Shown here: positions 1 to 19,787 of the stretch, one piece after another | Position numbering within the stretch: the first letter of the stretch is position 1 | How the letters are laid out: the number at the start of each line of letters is the position of its first letter | NCBI RefSeq assembly: GCF_021869535.1 | Contig: NW_026262690.1 | Coordinates: 95,728,001 to 95,792,000 of the forward strand | DNA from: Mytilus californianus | Lineage: Eukaryota | Length of the DNA: 64,000 bases | Direction of reading: 5' to 3' | Program-made: the position numbers and the translations under genes | The notes under the pieces: generated by a model | Databases searched by the model: none | Told to the model about the DNA's origin: nothing | The model's input: only the letters and a program-made list of their open reading frames with translations

Positions 1-1323
1 TTTATTTATTGGCCTAAAAAGTAGAAATTTTGAGGAAATGAGAGGTATAAATGGACCAAAAGAGACTTTATAAGGAAGAATAAGAGGTCCATTAGTAGTA
101 TTTATCATCCTAAAGTCATCTTTTGTATCATATTCAACTGTTTGTAGGCAGATGAGATAAATATTTGATCATTTATTGGTCCACACTATATTCTATCATG
201 ATGCGGCTTGGTTTGAATTTTTCGAAGAAATTTTGCTCGAATCGCTGTAGATGTCGTCTTACATTATACTAGATTTTTCTCAAACTATTGAACTGATTAT
301 GACAAAACTTGACAGGAATGCTTGAAATAACCAGTATTACAAAGGAAAAAAGTCACATTCAGTTTATTCAACAAAAAAGTCTTCTTTAGGTGTAATACCA
401 CCAAATCATAGTACGTCACATCCGGTTGCATACGAAAATAGGTCGAAAAAAAATATTCCCTTGAATTTGACAGTTGTAGGTAATTGATCCTACATTTCAT
501 TGCAGTAAAACATTTCTGAGTCATAAACATATATCTTGGGTATTTCAAAGCACCATTATTTCTTTATTTGGGTTTTCTATAGAATATTTTGGAAACTTGA
601 GGTTACATGGTTACTAAAGCTTGTACACAGGTTAAAAAAGGGGGAAAATTTGATTGGTTAACTTCCAGTGATGGTTATTTTCTTATATGCAATGAAATGT
701 TATGTGAAATTTTTTCTATAGTACTGGACAGGATAAAACTTTACTCATGCCAAGTATTTCTTTATTTGAAACAAAGATAAATTCTGCACAATTTTTTGAA
801 AAGTGCAAATTTAACAAAGACTAATAGGGGAAAATCAATGGTGGTATTACACCTAAAGGACTGTATAGATAATTTAAACAATTTAATGTAACTGAACAAA
901 TTAAGGACTGCGAATATAGTTCAGGTGTACACATACCTGGTGCATCTTTTGTGTAACACTTCTGATGATTTACATGAGACATCTTAGATACAGTGAGGAA
1001 ATTTGGTACCTGGCAACTTTTATGCTGAAACTTAGTAAAAGCAACATAACTTCTCAAAGTATTGCAAATGACTTTGTTCATCCTTATAGAACAATTTCAG
1101 AGTGCGAATGTTAATGACACCAAGATTTAAACCAGTTTCAGTGACACATAGTATATATTGAATTTTATCTAGTCATATCTTGTATTACAAGGGTGATTAC
1201 TCCAGTCAACTTTTCTATTGATGCACTTACCTACACAAATATTTTTCATGTCCTTTCCGTTATTGGGATTAAGTTTTTATTGCTTCTCGGGGTTTTTCTT
1301 TGGTATTTTGAGAAAACTACCGA

Positions 1324-1368
1324 GTGACCACGTTAGCGAGAAACTTCCTGTCGGTAAATGACAAAGCA
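1324..1368 (+). promoter_or_regulatory. PSMA3 proximal motifs: ARE (RTGACnnnGC), near-ARE and ETS site
   Basis: ATGACAAAGCA at 1358-1368 matches the antioxidant response element; GTGACCACGT at 1324-1333 is a near match; ACTTCCTG (reverse CAGGAAGT, ETS) at 1343-1350. All within 50 bp of the ATG. Confidence 0.45.
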
Positions 1369-1373
1369 ACAAC

Positions 1374-9679
<8,306 letters not shown>

Positions 9680-11460
9680 TATTGATATTACTTATTATAT
9701 CATTATTAACTCTAAAAGTAGTGCTATTGATATCATCTACATCATAAACAGTTACCAATTTGTACTCATGTTGTTAGAATTGTGACGTTTGTGTCCATTA
9801 AATTTGAAGTAATATGTTTGGTTTCTTTCTTAATGATGAAACTTTATCTTGTATGGAGAAATCTTTACCTCACCTGTAAGGCCAGCTGAGCATTTGCTAG
9901 TACTTGGCATCCATTTTCTTGTGTCTTGTCATCCATAAATAGAAGACCCCTACCAAGATTCCCATTTAATGTTGATTGTGTGGAAAATTTCCGATTCGAA
10001 AAATATGCCATATAAAGGAACCATACTTTCATCTTCTTGAATACCAGGTCAATTTTAACCGGACAATAATGATGTTTGCAATTGAATAGAAAAGAAAGGA
10101 AATAGTGTTTCAATTCATGACACTAAATCATTTATGCACTTGAAAAACCAAAAGCAAAAGATCAGCACTATTAGTGAAAGCTTGTCTAAAAATAATTCTC
10201 TCATTTGATACCAATCGGTTGAAATTTGCATCTTCCTGGGGCCATTAATGAAAAATCTAAACATGCGGAACCATCATATGACGGTCATTTCTCAGAAATA
10301 CAGTTTTATGGTACCAATGGCTCTCCATACTTTTAGAGGTATGATATCTCTTTAGAAACTAATGCATTTTCCGTCAACCTAAGGCTATTTATTGTAATGT
10401 TACTCAAGTTTAAGGTGCAGTTTGAACCCAAATACAAACTTTTGAAAATTGAAATCAGATAAAACTGTTTTTTCTGGAGGGGTGGACTTCCCTTCTGTGT
10501 CTGGACCACAGAGTACAGAGGCCTAAAACTTCCAAAATCAGGGTAAACCTGCAGGTTTATGACTACTGATTGTGTTTATTATTTAATTTTACATAGGGAA
10601 TGACTACTTTCGGTTCCAGGTCCATGTGAAGCTTAAAATCTGGGAAAATCAGAAAATTTCTGAATTTGAGTTGAAATAACCTTCTTTATAGACTGCCATA
10701 CCCAGATCAGTTTCAATCCGACACAATCACTTTTGCAGAGTACAGTGAGAAACATCTATCAGCACAATGGGTCTTCCAGATCAAGAAATAGGATGAAAAA
10801 TTGTCAAAATTTATGCTATTACATGAGATGGCTTTTAATATAGTATATTCCAGTATTGTGTTACTTGAAGATGTTTTTACAGTCTGCAAACCCAATATAA
10901 TTATGTTAAATGCTGATTCTTGACTAAATTTAAATCTTTATTTGTTTATTCTGTATCCTTTGTTTTACCACTATTCGCACTAATGAGAAATAATAGAAAG
11001 GTTGAGAAACAAAAAACTAGTTTAATCCTACCACACAAGTCTAGAACCTTAGCTTTCAGTAATATCAGTGGTTATTGTTGTTTTTTTTATGTTTTTGTCC
11101 ACTTCAGGATACTGGGTTATTTATTAACTGTTCCACTTGAAGCATAGAGTTGCTGTGTCGGACATTGAACTCCCCCTTGCATATCATTGATTGTTTTAAA
11201 TAGTATGCATGCTTTATTTACTTGCCTAAAAATTTATCTGTGGGATGGCTAGTTAAGCCCCATACACATTTGGAACATTATGTCCACCCCTTATTTCATT
11301 AGTGGTTATTATTGTTGGGTTAAGGTGTCATTTATTCATATTTACCCCACATGACCTATTATTCTTAAGATTGGAAGTTAAATTGCACTTTCAATATTCA
11401 TGTAAAAACTTGTGGGACTGGTACAGGTTTGCCACCTGGACCTTAAATCCATACTTTGAC

Positions 11461-11813
11461 ACTGCCTCGGTGGTCTTGTGTTTGCCTCAAGTGTGGGAGG
11501 TCTTTGTTCGAACCCCCTCCGGGTCAATCCAAAGACTTCAAAATTTGGTATTTGCTGCTTCTCTAATAACCACACAGCATTATGGAGTAAGAGCAAAGAC
11601 TGGTCGGCTCATAGTTGGAATAAAGTGTCCGGGTAAGGTGACATGCCTTCCTGCTGGCTGTAACCTTTTGAACTAGCACGTTAAAAGTCCGGCTCAGCGT
11701 TTCTGTCTAGTACAAAGCAATGGTAAATATTCATATCACATTAACATGTTCTCGTCCTGAAATATCATATTATTTAGCAGCTGGACGTTAAGCAGCCATC
11801 CATCATCATCATT
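11461..11813 (+). mobile_element. tRNA-derived SINE, MetaSINE-like (bivalve Meta-domain type)
   Basis: Degenerate A box, B box GTTCGAACCC (~11506); central CCAAAGACTTCAAAATTTGGTATTTGCTGCTTCTC..CAGCATTA resembles the Meta domain as I recall it; (CAT)n tail; flanking 9/10 direct repeats ATACTTTGAC (11451-11460) / ATACTGTGAC (11814-11823). Confidence 0.7.
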
Positions 11814-11831
11814 ATACTGTGACATCTGTGT

Positions 11832-12029
11832 TACTGTGGATTCTTTTATTTTTTTTTGTGGATTGAGGAAAAATTGTAATTATATATATATCTGATTTCA
11901 TGGTTTGCCATAGCCTGCATACAAGTCTATAGAAAATTTAACTTCGTTGAACATAAAAATTGGGGGATTAACCTTTACTTACGAAATCCACAAAAATTGG
12001 TATCCTATGTATGAAACTGAATCTCAGTA
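11832..12029. mobile_element. Short TA-flanked MITE (TACTGTGGATTC termini)
   Basis: TACTGTGGATTC at the left end and degenerate inverse TGAATCTCAGTA at the right end. Confidence 0.45.
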
Positions 12030-12218
12030 CCGGTAGTCAAACCCCTGAAATGTCACATTATATTTACAGATAATAACTATGTAAAATGTATGTATATATT
12101 CAAGTATTTTTATATGCCTCCATATTTTTTAGTTGTATTTATAGAATGATTACCACAACGAGGTAGTACATGTAGCATCCGACCTCTAATCATTACACAG
12201 GTTATGTCTTCAGGACTC

Positions 12219-12464
12219 GGAGGGTCCTCAGTGGCCCAGTGGTCTAAGTAGTCGAACTACTGTATCACTAGCCAGACAACACTGAGGTTGTGAGTTCGAA
12301 TCCCGCAAAGGGAGGTGCACTCGACTCCAATCTAAATTAACTAAGATTGTCAGTTTTCCTACCAAAGGTAGGTGGTTCTCTCCGGGCACTCTGGCTTCAC
12401 CAATAAAAACTGACTGCCACGAAAAAGCACAATAGTGTTGAAAGTGGTGTTAAACACTAATCAA
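12219..12464 (+). mobile_element. Full-length tRNA-derived V-domain SINE (RUDI/BivaV-like)
   Basis: A box GTGGCCCAGTGGTCTAAG, B box GAGTTCGAATCCC, V-domain-like GGTGGTTCTCTCCGGGCACTCTGGCTTC, perfect 12-bp TSD TCTTCAGGACTC (12207-12218, 12465-12476). Confidence 0.88.
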
Positions 12465-12760
12465 TCTTCAGGACTCTCTGTCCATTGTTGATGAACAAAA
12501 TCCACCAACTATGAACTTCTCATCTGCTAGAAATTTCAATGTTTTTTCTAAAACAAAAATATCAAAGTACAGAAATCTCCTGGTATCTTTTTTTTCAAAG
12601 CACTACTCATATTCTAGGTACCAGATTTTAGATAGCTTTACACAAATAACTAGACTTCTTTTACTCTGACATTAAAAACAATAGTGCACAAACTGAAACT
12701 GTCATGCCTGTTTTACTTATGATTGAATTTATGTTCAAAGTTTGTAATATGAAGGTTTTA

Positions 12761-13046
12761 GGGAGCTACCATTTGATTTTTATGGGGGGGCTAGGATGAA
12801 ATTTTAATAAAAAAGGCAGGACAGGAGTTGTTGAGTAAAAACAAAAGGAAGGATGAGCAACTTGGCAAAAAAAAAGCAGGATGACAATTTATGTAAAAAA
12901 AGTCAGGATAAACTAATAAAAAAACATGCAGGATTGAATAGAGTGAAAAATAAAAAGGCAGGACAGAGATTACAACTAAAAAAAAATGCAGAACAAAATT
13001 TTTCATCCTAGCCCCCCCCCGCCATAAAAATCAAATGGTAGCTCCC
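12761..13046. mobile_element. PIF/Harbinger-like MITE
   Basis: ~45-bp TIR GGGAGCTACCATTTGATTTTTATGG..GCTAGGATGAAA and its inverse; TTA TSD at 12758-12760 and 13047-13049; internal AAAAAGGCAGGACA repeats. Confidence 0.85.
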
Positions 13047-13051
13047 TTACT

Positions 13052-13830
13052 ACAAGTATCACCTAAACTTAACACTATCAATGTCCATGAAAATGATGTC
13101 AAGGTCATATGAATCCTGCCAGACAGACATGTATACCTTGCAATCATTTCATACACCAAATATAGTTGATCTATTGCTTATAATATCTGATAAACTGACA
13201 AATCATGAAAACTTAACATTGACCAATGAACCATGAAAATGAGGTCAAGATCATATTAAAGCTGCCAGACAGACATGTACACCTTACAATCATTCCATAC
13301 CCAAAATATAGTGGCCCTATTGCATATAGTATCTTAGAATTAGACCAAACCACAAATACTAAACATTGTCCACTGAACAGTGAAGTCAAGGTCAGATGAA
13401 ACCTGCCAGTTGGACATGTACAACTTACAATCATTCCATAAACCAAATATAGTTGAGTTGACCTATTGCTTATAGTATCTGAGATAAAGACTTGACCACG
13501 TAAATTTAACCTTGATAACTAATCCATGAAATGAGGTCGAGGTCAGGTGAACCCTGTCTGACAGACATGAAGACCATGAAAAAGATACCAAATACCAATT
13601 ACAGTTGTCCTATTACTCAAAATATATGACACTATACAAAAAACTTATTTGTGTTCAACCAGTCACTGAACCATGAAAATAAGGTCATCATCATAGACAT
13701 GTGACAGACTGAACTTTGTAACATAAAGTATCTGCATACAAGGTATGATGCATCAAGGTCTTCTACATTCTGAAATATAAAGCTTTCAAAATATTTTAGG
13801 CCGCCGACACTGCCATTGCATCCCTTATAA
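13052..13830 (-). repeat. Diverged ~146-bp tandem array (about 5 units), probably the core of a HINE-type element
   Basis: Recurrent CCATGAAAATGAGGTCAAG(G)TCA...GCCAGACAGACATG...CAAATATAG at ~13085, 13231, 13372, 13524, 13671. Confidence 0.7.
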
Positions 13831-14199
13831 TGAAGTGGCACATTGAACATGTGCATCTTGGCACATCCATGGGATTAAAACCCATTTCATTTTATATGTT
13901 TTTAAAGGGGCATTAGCTGTCAAATTCATGTTCACCAATTAGACTCAAATTCTCATATTTGATTTATAACATACTAAAATGTGTATCAAAATTACAATAA
14001 AATGCTCCGCAGGGCGCAGCTTGATACGACCGCAGAGGTCGAACCCTGAACAGTTGGGGGAAGTATGGACACAACATTCAAGCTTGATACAGCTTTGGAT
14101 TTGGATTGTGATTAAATATTTGACACAGCATAGGTTTCTAACACAGATTGAATGTGGTCTAAGAACTTAAAAATTTTAAATTGGACATTCACCTATTAT

Positions 14200-15190
14200 G
14201 GTCCAATATCCAAAATCTTAATACATGGTTAGATTCAGCATATCAAAGAACCCCAAGAATTCAATTTTTGATGAAATCAAACAAAGTTTAATTTTGGACC
14301 CTTTTGACCTCAATGTGGACAAAGTTGATAACGGGGCCCAAAAATCAAAAATCAAAATACATGGTTAGATTCAGCATATCAAAGAACCCCATATATTCAA
14401 TTTTTGTTGAAATCAAACAAAGTTTAATTTTGGACCCCGATTTGGACCAACTTGAAAACTGGGCCCATAATCAAAAATCTAAATACATGTTTAGATTCAG
14501 CATATCAAAGAACCCTAAGAATTCAATTTTTGTTAAAATCAAACTAAGTTTAATTTTGGACCCTTTGGACCTTAATGTAGACCAATTTGAAAACGGAACC
14601 AAAAATTAAGAATCTAAATACACGGTTAGATTCGGCATATCAAAGAATCCCAAGAATTCAATTTTTGATGAAATCAAAGTTTAATTTTGGACCCTTTTGA
14701 CCTCAATGTGGACAAAGTTGATAACGGGGCCCAAAAATCAAAAATCTAAATACATGGTTAGATTCAGCATATCAAAGAACCCCATCTATTCAATTTTTGT
14801 TGAAATCAAACAAAGTTTAATTTTGGACCCCGATTTGGACCAACTTGAAAACTGGGCCCATAATCAAAAATCTAAATACATGTTTAGATTCAGCATATCA
14901 AAGAACCCTAAGAATTCAATTTTTGTTAAAATCAAACTAAGTTTAATTTTGGACCCTTTGGACCTTAATGTAGACCAATTTGAAAACGGAACCAAAATTT
15001 AAGAATCTAAATACACAGTTAGATTCGGCATATCAAAGAACCCCAATAATTCAATTTTTGATGAAATCAAACAAAGTTTAATTTTGGACCCTTTGGACCT
15101 CAATGTGGACCAATTTAAAAACGGGGCCCAAAATCCAAAAACTAAATACACGGTTAGATTCAGCATATTAAAGAACCCCATGAAATCAAG
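14200..15190. repeat. 126-136-bp satellite monomers organised as a 393-bp trimeric higher-order repeat
   Basis: Monomer anchors (ATACAyrgTTAGATTC) at 14221, 14357, 14483, 14618, 14750, 14876, 15011, 15146; near-identity at period 393 (the two near-identical ORFs at 14304 and 14697). Confidence 0.9.
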
Positions 15191-15258
15191 AATAAAACCC
15201 CATTGAAATTGGTCAAGAAATAAGCAATTTATAGGAAGTATCTTCTTTTGCACAATCC

Positions 15259-15503
15259 TGTGCTATTAAATATTTCTTGCTATTGCGCAATACTGTGCTA
15301 TTAAATATTTCTTGCTATTGCGCAATACTGTACAATTGACAATTTCTTGCTATTGCGCAATATTGTGCTATTGGATATTTCTTGCTATTGCGCAATACTG
15401 TGCAATTGAAGATTTCTTGCTATTGCGCAATACTGTGCAATTGAAGATTTCTTGCTATTGTGCAATACTGTGCAATTGAAAATTTCTTGCTATTGCACAA
15501 TAC
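15259..15503. repeat. 35-bp minisatellite x7 with palindrome TATTGCGCAATA
   Basis: Palindromes at 15281, 15316, 15351, 15386, 15421; variants at 15456 and 15491. Confidence 0.92.
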
Positions 15504-15683
15504 TTATTATATAATAATTTACACATCCTGTTTGGTGTGTATCTCCTACCATATCATTATTATTTGATTTTAAATATAAATCAGAAATAACCAACTTAAA
15601 ATGAAAAATTTTAAAAGAAACAAAAAAGGAAAAAAAAATAAATCCCCCCCCAAAATTTTTTGAACCCCCATTATGATTCATCA

Positions 15684-16260
15684 CCCCCAAACTCAATCCC
15701 AGCCTTCCCTTTGTGGTATGGTACCTTGCAGTACAATTTCAGAGAGATCCATACACTTGAACACAAGTTATTGTCTGGAAACTAGAAAAAAATGTGTTTT
15801 TTGGCCCCTTTTTGGCCCCAAATTCCTAAACGTTTAGGGCAATTACCCCCAAACTCAAACCCAGCTTTCCCTTTGTGATATGGAACCTTGTAGTACAATT
15901 TCAGAAAGATCCATACACTTACACACAAGTTATTGTCATGAAACTAGAAAAATGCTTGTTTTTTGCCCCTTTTTTGGCCCCTAATTCCTAAAATTTGGAG
16001 GCAATTACCCCCAAAATCAATCCCAGCATTCCTTTAGTGATATGGAACCTTGTGGTACAATGTCAGAGAGATCCATACACTAACACACAAGTTATGTCTG
16101 GAAGTTACAAAAATGCTTATTTTTGGCCCCTTTTTGGCCCCTAATTCCTTTACTGTTATTACCATAACCCCCAAAATCAATCCCAACCTTCCTTTTGTGG
16201 TATTGAACCTTGTGGTAAAATTTCATAAAGACCCATTCACTTTAACTAAAGTTAGAGTGC
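15684..16260. repeat. 162-bp tandem repeat x3.6
   Basis: CCCCCAAA(C/A)TCAATCCCAGC unit starts at 15684, 15846, 16008, 16168. Confidence 0.88.
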
Positions 16261-17096
16261 GAAAACCAATGTGTCTTCGGACGACGCCGGACGACGATGA
16301 CGACGGACGACAACGCCAACGTCATACCAATATACGACCACAAAAATTTTTTTGCGGTCGTATAAAAAGTCGAAAATAAACAATTAACAATGCATGGACT
16401 CAATAATATGTATCAGTATTTCATGTGTACTTTAGTCTAGATGCCATCTAATTATTAACCACAGAGATGACATCTAAAGACTGCAACCGTTATATATCCC
16501 AATATAAACATGAATATAAATAGATAGCAAACACGTGCAATTGGATTTTTCTAGGTCTGTTTGATTTCATATAAATAGGTTAAAAAAATATGTTAATCAT
16601 GATTTTTACCTGCATAAGAATGATTTTTTTTTGGATCAAATCAGTCAACCAAATGGTTCACCCTTGTTTCTCTTTCAATGATGACTTTTATTTCCTTTAA
16701 TAGCTGAACATGTCTAGTACATGCGTATCTGATTTCTAGATAAGGGGTTAAATTGAAAGTCAAACCAAAATGGATCAATGAGGTTAAATTATTGACTTGC
16801 AAGTCAATAATACATCAGCTATGTTTTTGAGCTTATTTTGACAAACTGACTGCTTATACTAAATATTATTTCAAAATTTTAATTTTTGTCTAAATCGTAG
16901 TTAATGCCCCTTTCAATCATGTATAAATCAACAAAAAATTAGACTGGAACCCCTAGAAACCCATCCTTGATTCTTGTCTGTTGATTTGATTTGAACAACT
17001 ACAGAGATTACAATTAAACTCACTATGAAACTTTAGATGACACAGAGTTCTTTACTGTAAACCTTTATCAAACTAGGAGCTGTAGTAAAACAGGGA

Positions 17097-17530
17097 TAGA
17101 GGGGTGAAAGATACCAGAGGGACATTCAAACTCATGAATTGAAAATAAACTGACAATGCCACGGCTAAAAAAGAAAAAGACAAACAGACAAACAATAGTA
17201 CACAAAACACAACATAGAAAACTAAAGACTAAGCAACACGAACCCCACTAAAAACTGGGGGTGATCTCAGGTGCTATGGAAGGGTAAGCAGATCCTGCTC
17301 CACATGTGGCACCCGTCATGCATGTTGCTCATGTTAGTACAAACCCTGTAAATAGTCTAATTCGGTAGGTCACATTCATGAAAAGGGAAAGGGATTGTAG
17401 TTACGACATTAGGAACATATCCGCTGTCATCTGTGAAACGGATATTCCATAACGGTCAATCAACTCGTGATGGCGTCCGTAAAATTTACGAAGGGATGAT
17501 TTCAACTTCACCATTTGGAACTCTTGGTTC
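17097..17530 (-). mobile_element. 3' end of Penelope-like retroelement, family A (RT C-terminus plus 3' UTR)
   Basis: Minus-strand LNQEFQMVKLKSSLRKFYGRHHELIDRYGISVSQMTADMFLMS*; homologous pieces at 25150-25760, 26998-27645, 44765-45110, 46285-46630; RT core of the same type at 32880-33395. Confidence 0.7.
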
Positions 17531-18239
17531 AAATTCAACATAACCATTAACAAAGCCAAACAAAGAATATACATGTACATAAGAAGAATAATAATAATGC
17601 ACAACCAAAAATACAAATTTACCAAATTTTTAATCTCAAAATGATACAAAATAATGTTTGTAGTATACATAATCAAACATTTGATCTGATGGTAGTCACA
17701 AAGCTTTCTGATTTATAGGTAAAAAATAAACAAATAAATGATCATGACAAAATGAACTACAATATGACTAAATATATAACATGGTCTAAAGGTATATGAA
17801 TGTCTGATGATGAGACCTTGGAACTTTCAAAAAGGACCTTTCATGTTTTCATGAAGTCTGAAGGATTTTTACAATATTTCATATTGTTTGAATGATAATG
17901 AATAATACAACATTTATTGTGATGCCATAGGTAAAAAAAAATACTCCTTCTAATTTTGTATGATATACCTCAACTTTAAAACAGATAAACTAAAAGCTTA
18001 AATTAAATTTTCAAAATTAATAAAAAGTTGTCCAAAATCCCTTATTGAATCCTGTCTTTTGCTTTAAGTTACCATGGTTACATCTAAAAAAAAATCTTTA
18101 AAAAAATGCTTCATTTTAAGATCTTTCTATTATTATTTACATGTACACACATTATACACAATGTATTTTTGTTAAAAATTACTCTTGCTGATTCTTCAAA
18201 GTGATTGCAGTTGATTAAATTTAAAATATATCTCACTTA

Positions 18240-18472
18240 GGGATGACATCAAAAGATCAATGTACATGATGTAGGATAAAAAACTTAAATCAAATAGTTT
18301 GGGGGTGGGGGATTAAAATTGCTGCAAGTTTTGTTTATCCAAAATCGATTTTACATATATCCATATTGGTCAAACAATTTTTCCCAAATTAAGTTAAGAG
18401 GGGGGGTGGGGTCAGTGAAAAAACTATGTGAATTAAGTTTTTTATCCTACATTGAACTTTTGATGTCGTCCC
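18240..18472. mobile_element. PIF/Harbinger-like MITE
   Basis: TIR GGGA(T/C)GACATCAAAAG.TCAATGTA..GGATAAAAAACTTAA at both ends; TTA TSD (18237-18239, 18473-18475). Confidence 0.8.
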
Positions 18473-19787
18473 TTAGTATATTCTATAAGTTATACAAATA
18501 TGAGAGCAATGAACGAGGTAAATCAGAGTTTCACTGTAAAAAAACAACAATCATTACCCTGTTTTACAGAGAATCACTAATTATAACACCAGCAAGGGTA
18601 TTATTTGTTTCCACTGTATCAACTTGATTTAACTGTACATGTTGGACAATAACATCTTTAACCCAGAAATACATGTATATTGTTTGACAACAATACATAT
18701 ACACCATAACATTATCATGATTATTACACTAATTTCTTTTTGTTGTATTTTACATTACATTTTGCATGTTTTAACTGAAAAATTTTGAACAAAAATAAAT
18801 AAAATATGTAATAAACTTTTGGTATTTAATACTGTTAAAATATTGTATTACATCACCTACAAATGTCTAGACACTGGCAACTGACCAAGTACAACTCTTG
18901 GAGAAACATTACATATGTATCACTGTGTATGTTTATTTACATTGAATGTCGATGAAAATCTATAAGATTAAAATATTCTCAGAAAGAATGTTTCATTTGT
19001 CAGGCAATCCACACTATCATGACTATTCATATTTCAGGATGCAACCTATGTTGCTGTCAATACTTTGCAGAAACCACACAATATTCAGCACCTCCAATGA
19101 TCACAGGTTTATTTATATCACACATTTGTAGCATATTATATCACAGTGGAATAAATTCAGAGCTTCGCTTTGTCAGATAGTTCACAAAACTGAACATATA
19201 TGGCTGCATGAAGTAGAAACTGGTGTATATAAACATTGCTGTAATTACAACTAAAAGAGTATCTGAATATTTGTTAAGGTCAACATTTGTGTTATACACT
19301 GAAAACAGAAAATTTATAAATTATTTTACAAACTGTTGAATTATGTGTATTACCATTCATGCCAACTGACAGAAGAGAAACAGTTAACACTCACTTTAAT
19401 AGCTGCTGGAAAAGTTTTAAGGTCTGACAAGATACATGTTTATTCATTCAAGTTAGATATACATAATATATATTCATACAAGTTTAATGCATTTTGTGTT
19501 TTAATAAATGTATTCAAGGTTGCCAAATTACATGCTTTTTGTGTTTAATTCACACTTTTTCAACCGAGCTGTTTGCATCACACAGCAGACACAGACCTTT
19601 TTAAATCTGTACACTTGAGCACACACATACTTGTACACAATTGTAAATGGTTATGATCGTTTTTTTTTTCTGTTTTTCATTGTTTCAAAATACACTTTTT
19701 TTTTTCTTCCATGGATCTTTATATCAATATCAAGGTTGCAAGTGGTTTCCAGTTCAAAATTTACAATAATATATAAGTTATACTAAA

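Larger units (their letters stand above)
13995..16366 (-). mobile_element. Helentron/HINE-type element carrying three different tandem arrays
   Basis: Subterminal IR ATACGACCGCA (~14024) / TGCGGTCGTAT (~16353); hairpin GCTCCGCAGGGCGCAGC; (GAC)n microsatellite ~16280-16315; inserted into an A/T run of the host element. Confidence 0.8.
13906..16911. mobile_element. Kolobok-like non-autonomous element split by a nested HINE insertion
   Basis: TTAA|AGGGGCATTAGCTG ... TAGTTAATGCCCCT|TTCA; segments 13906-13995 and 16366-16911 align colinearly with the uninterrupted copy at 50102-50765. Confidence 0.85.

Noticed and set aside
1-200. Open minus-strand frame running off the window start
   Set aside because: Begins right after a stop, has no convincing acceptor or start, and no recognisable protein.
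9960-10050. piggyBac-like motif PG..DESMVP..G..KW on the minus strand
   Set aside because: Very short match with stops on both sides and no TTAA-bounded TIRs; could be chance.
12228-12310. tRNA gene
   Set aside because: A/B boxes run directly into a SINE body bounded by a 12-bp TSD; no full cloverleaf.
14304-15002. Two near-identical 101-aa ORFs
   Set aside because: By-product of the 393-bp satellite duplication; internally repetitive, with no splice or homology support.
15259-15503. Possible CRISPR array
   Set aside because: Contiguous 35-bp units without unique spacers, eukaryotic context, no cas genes.
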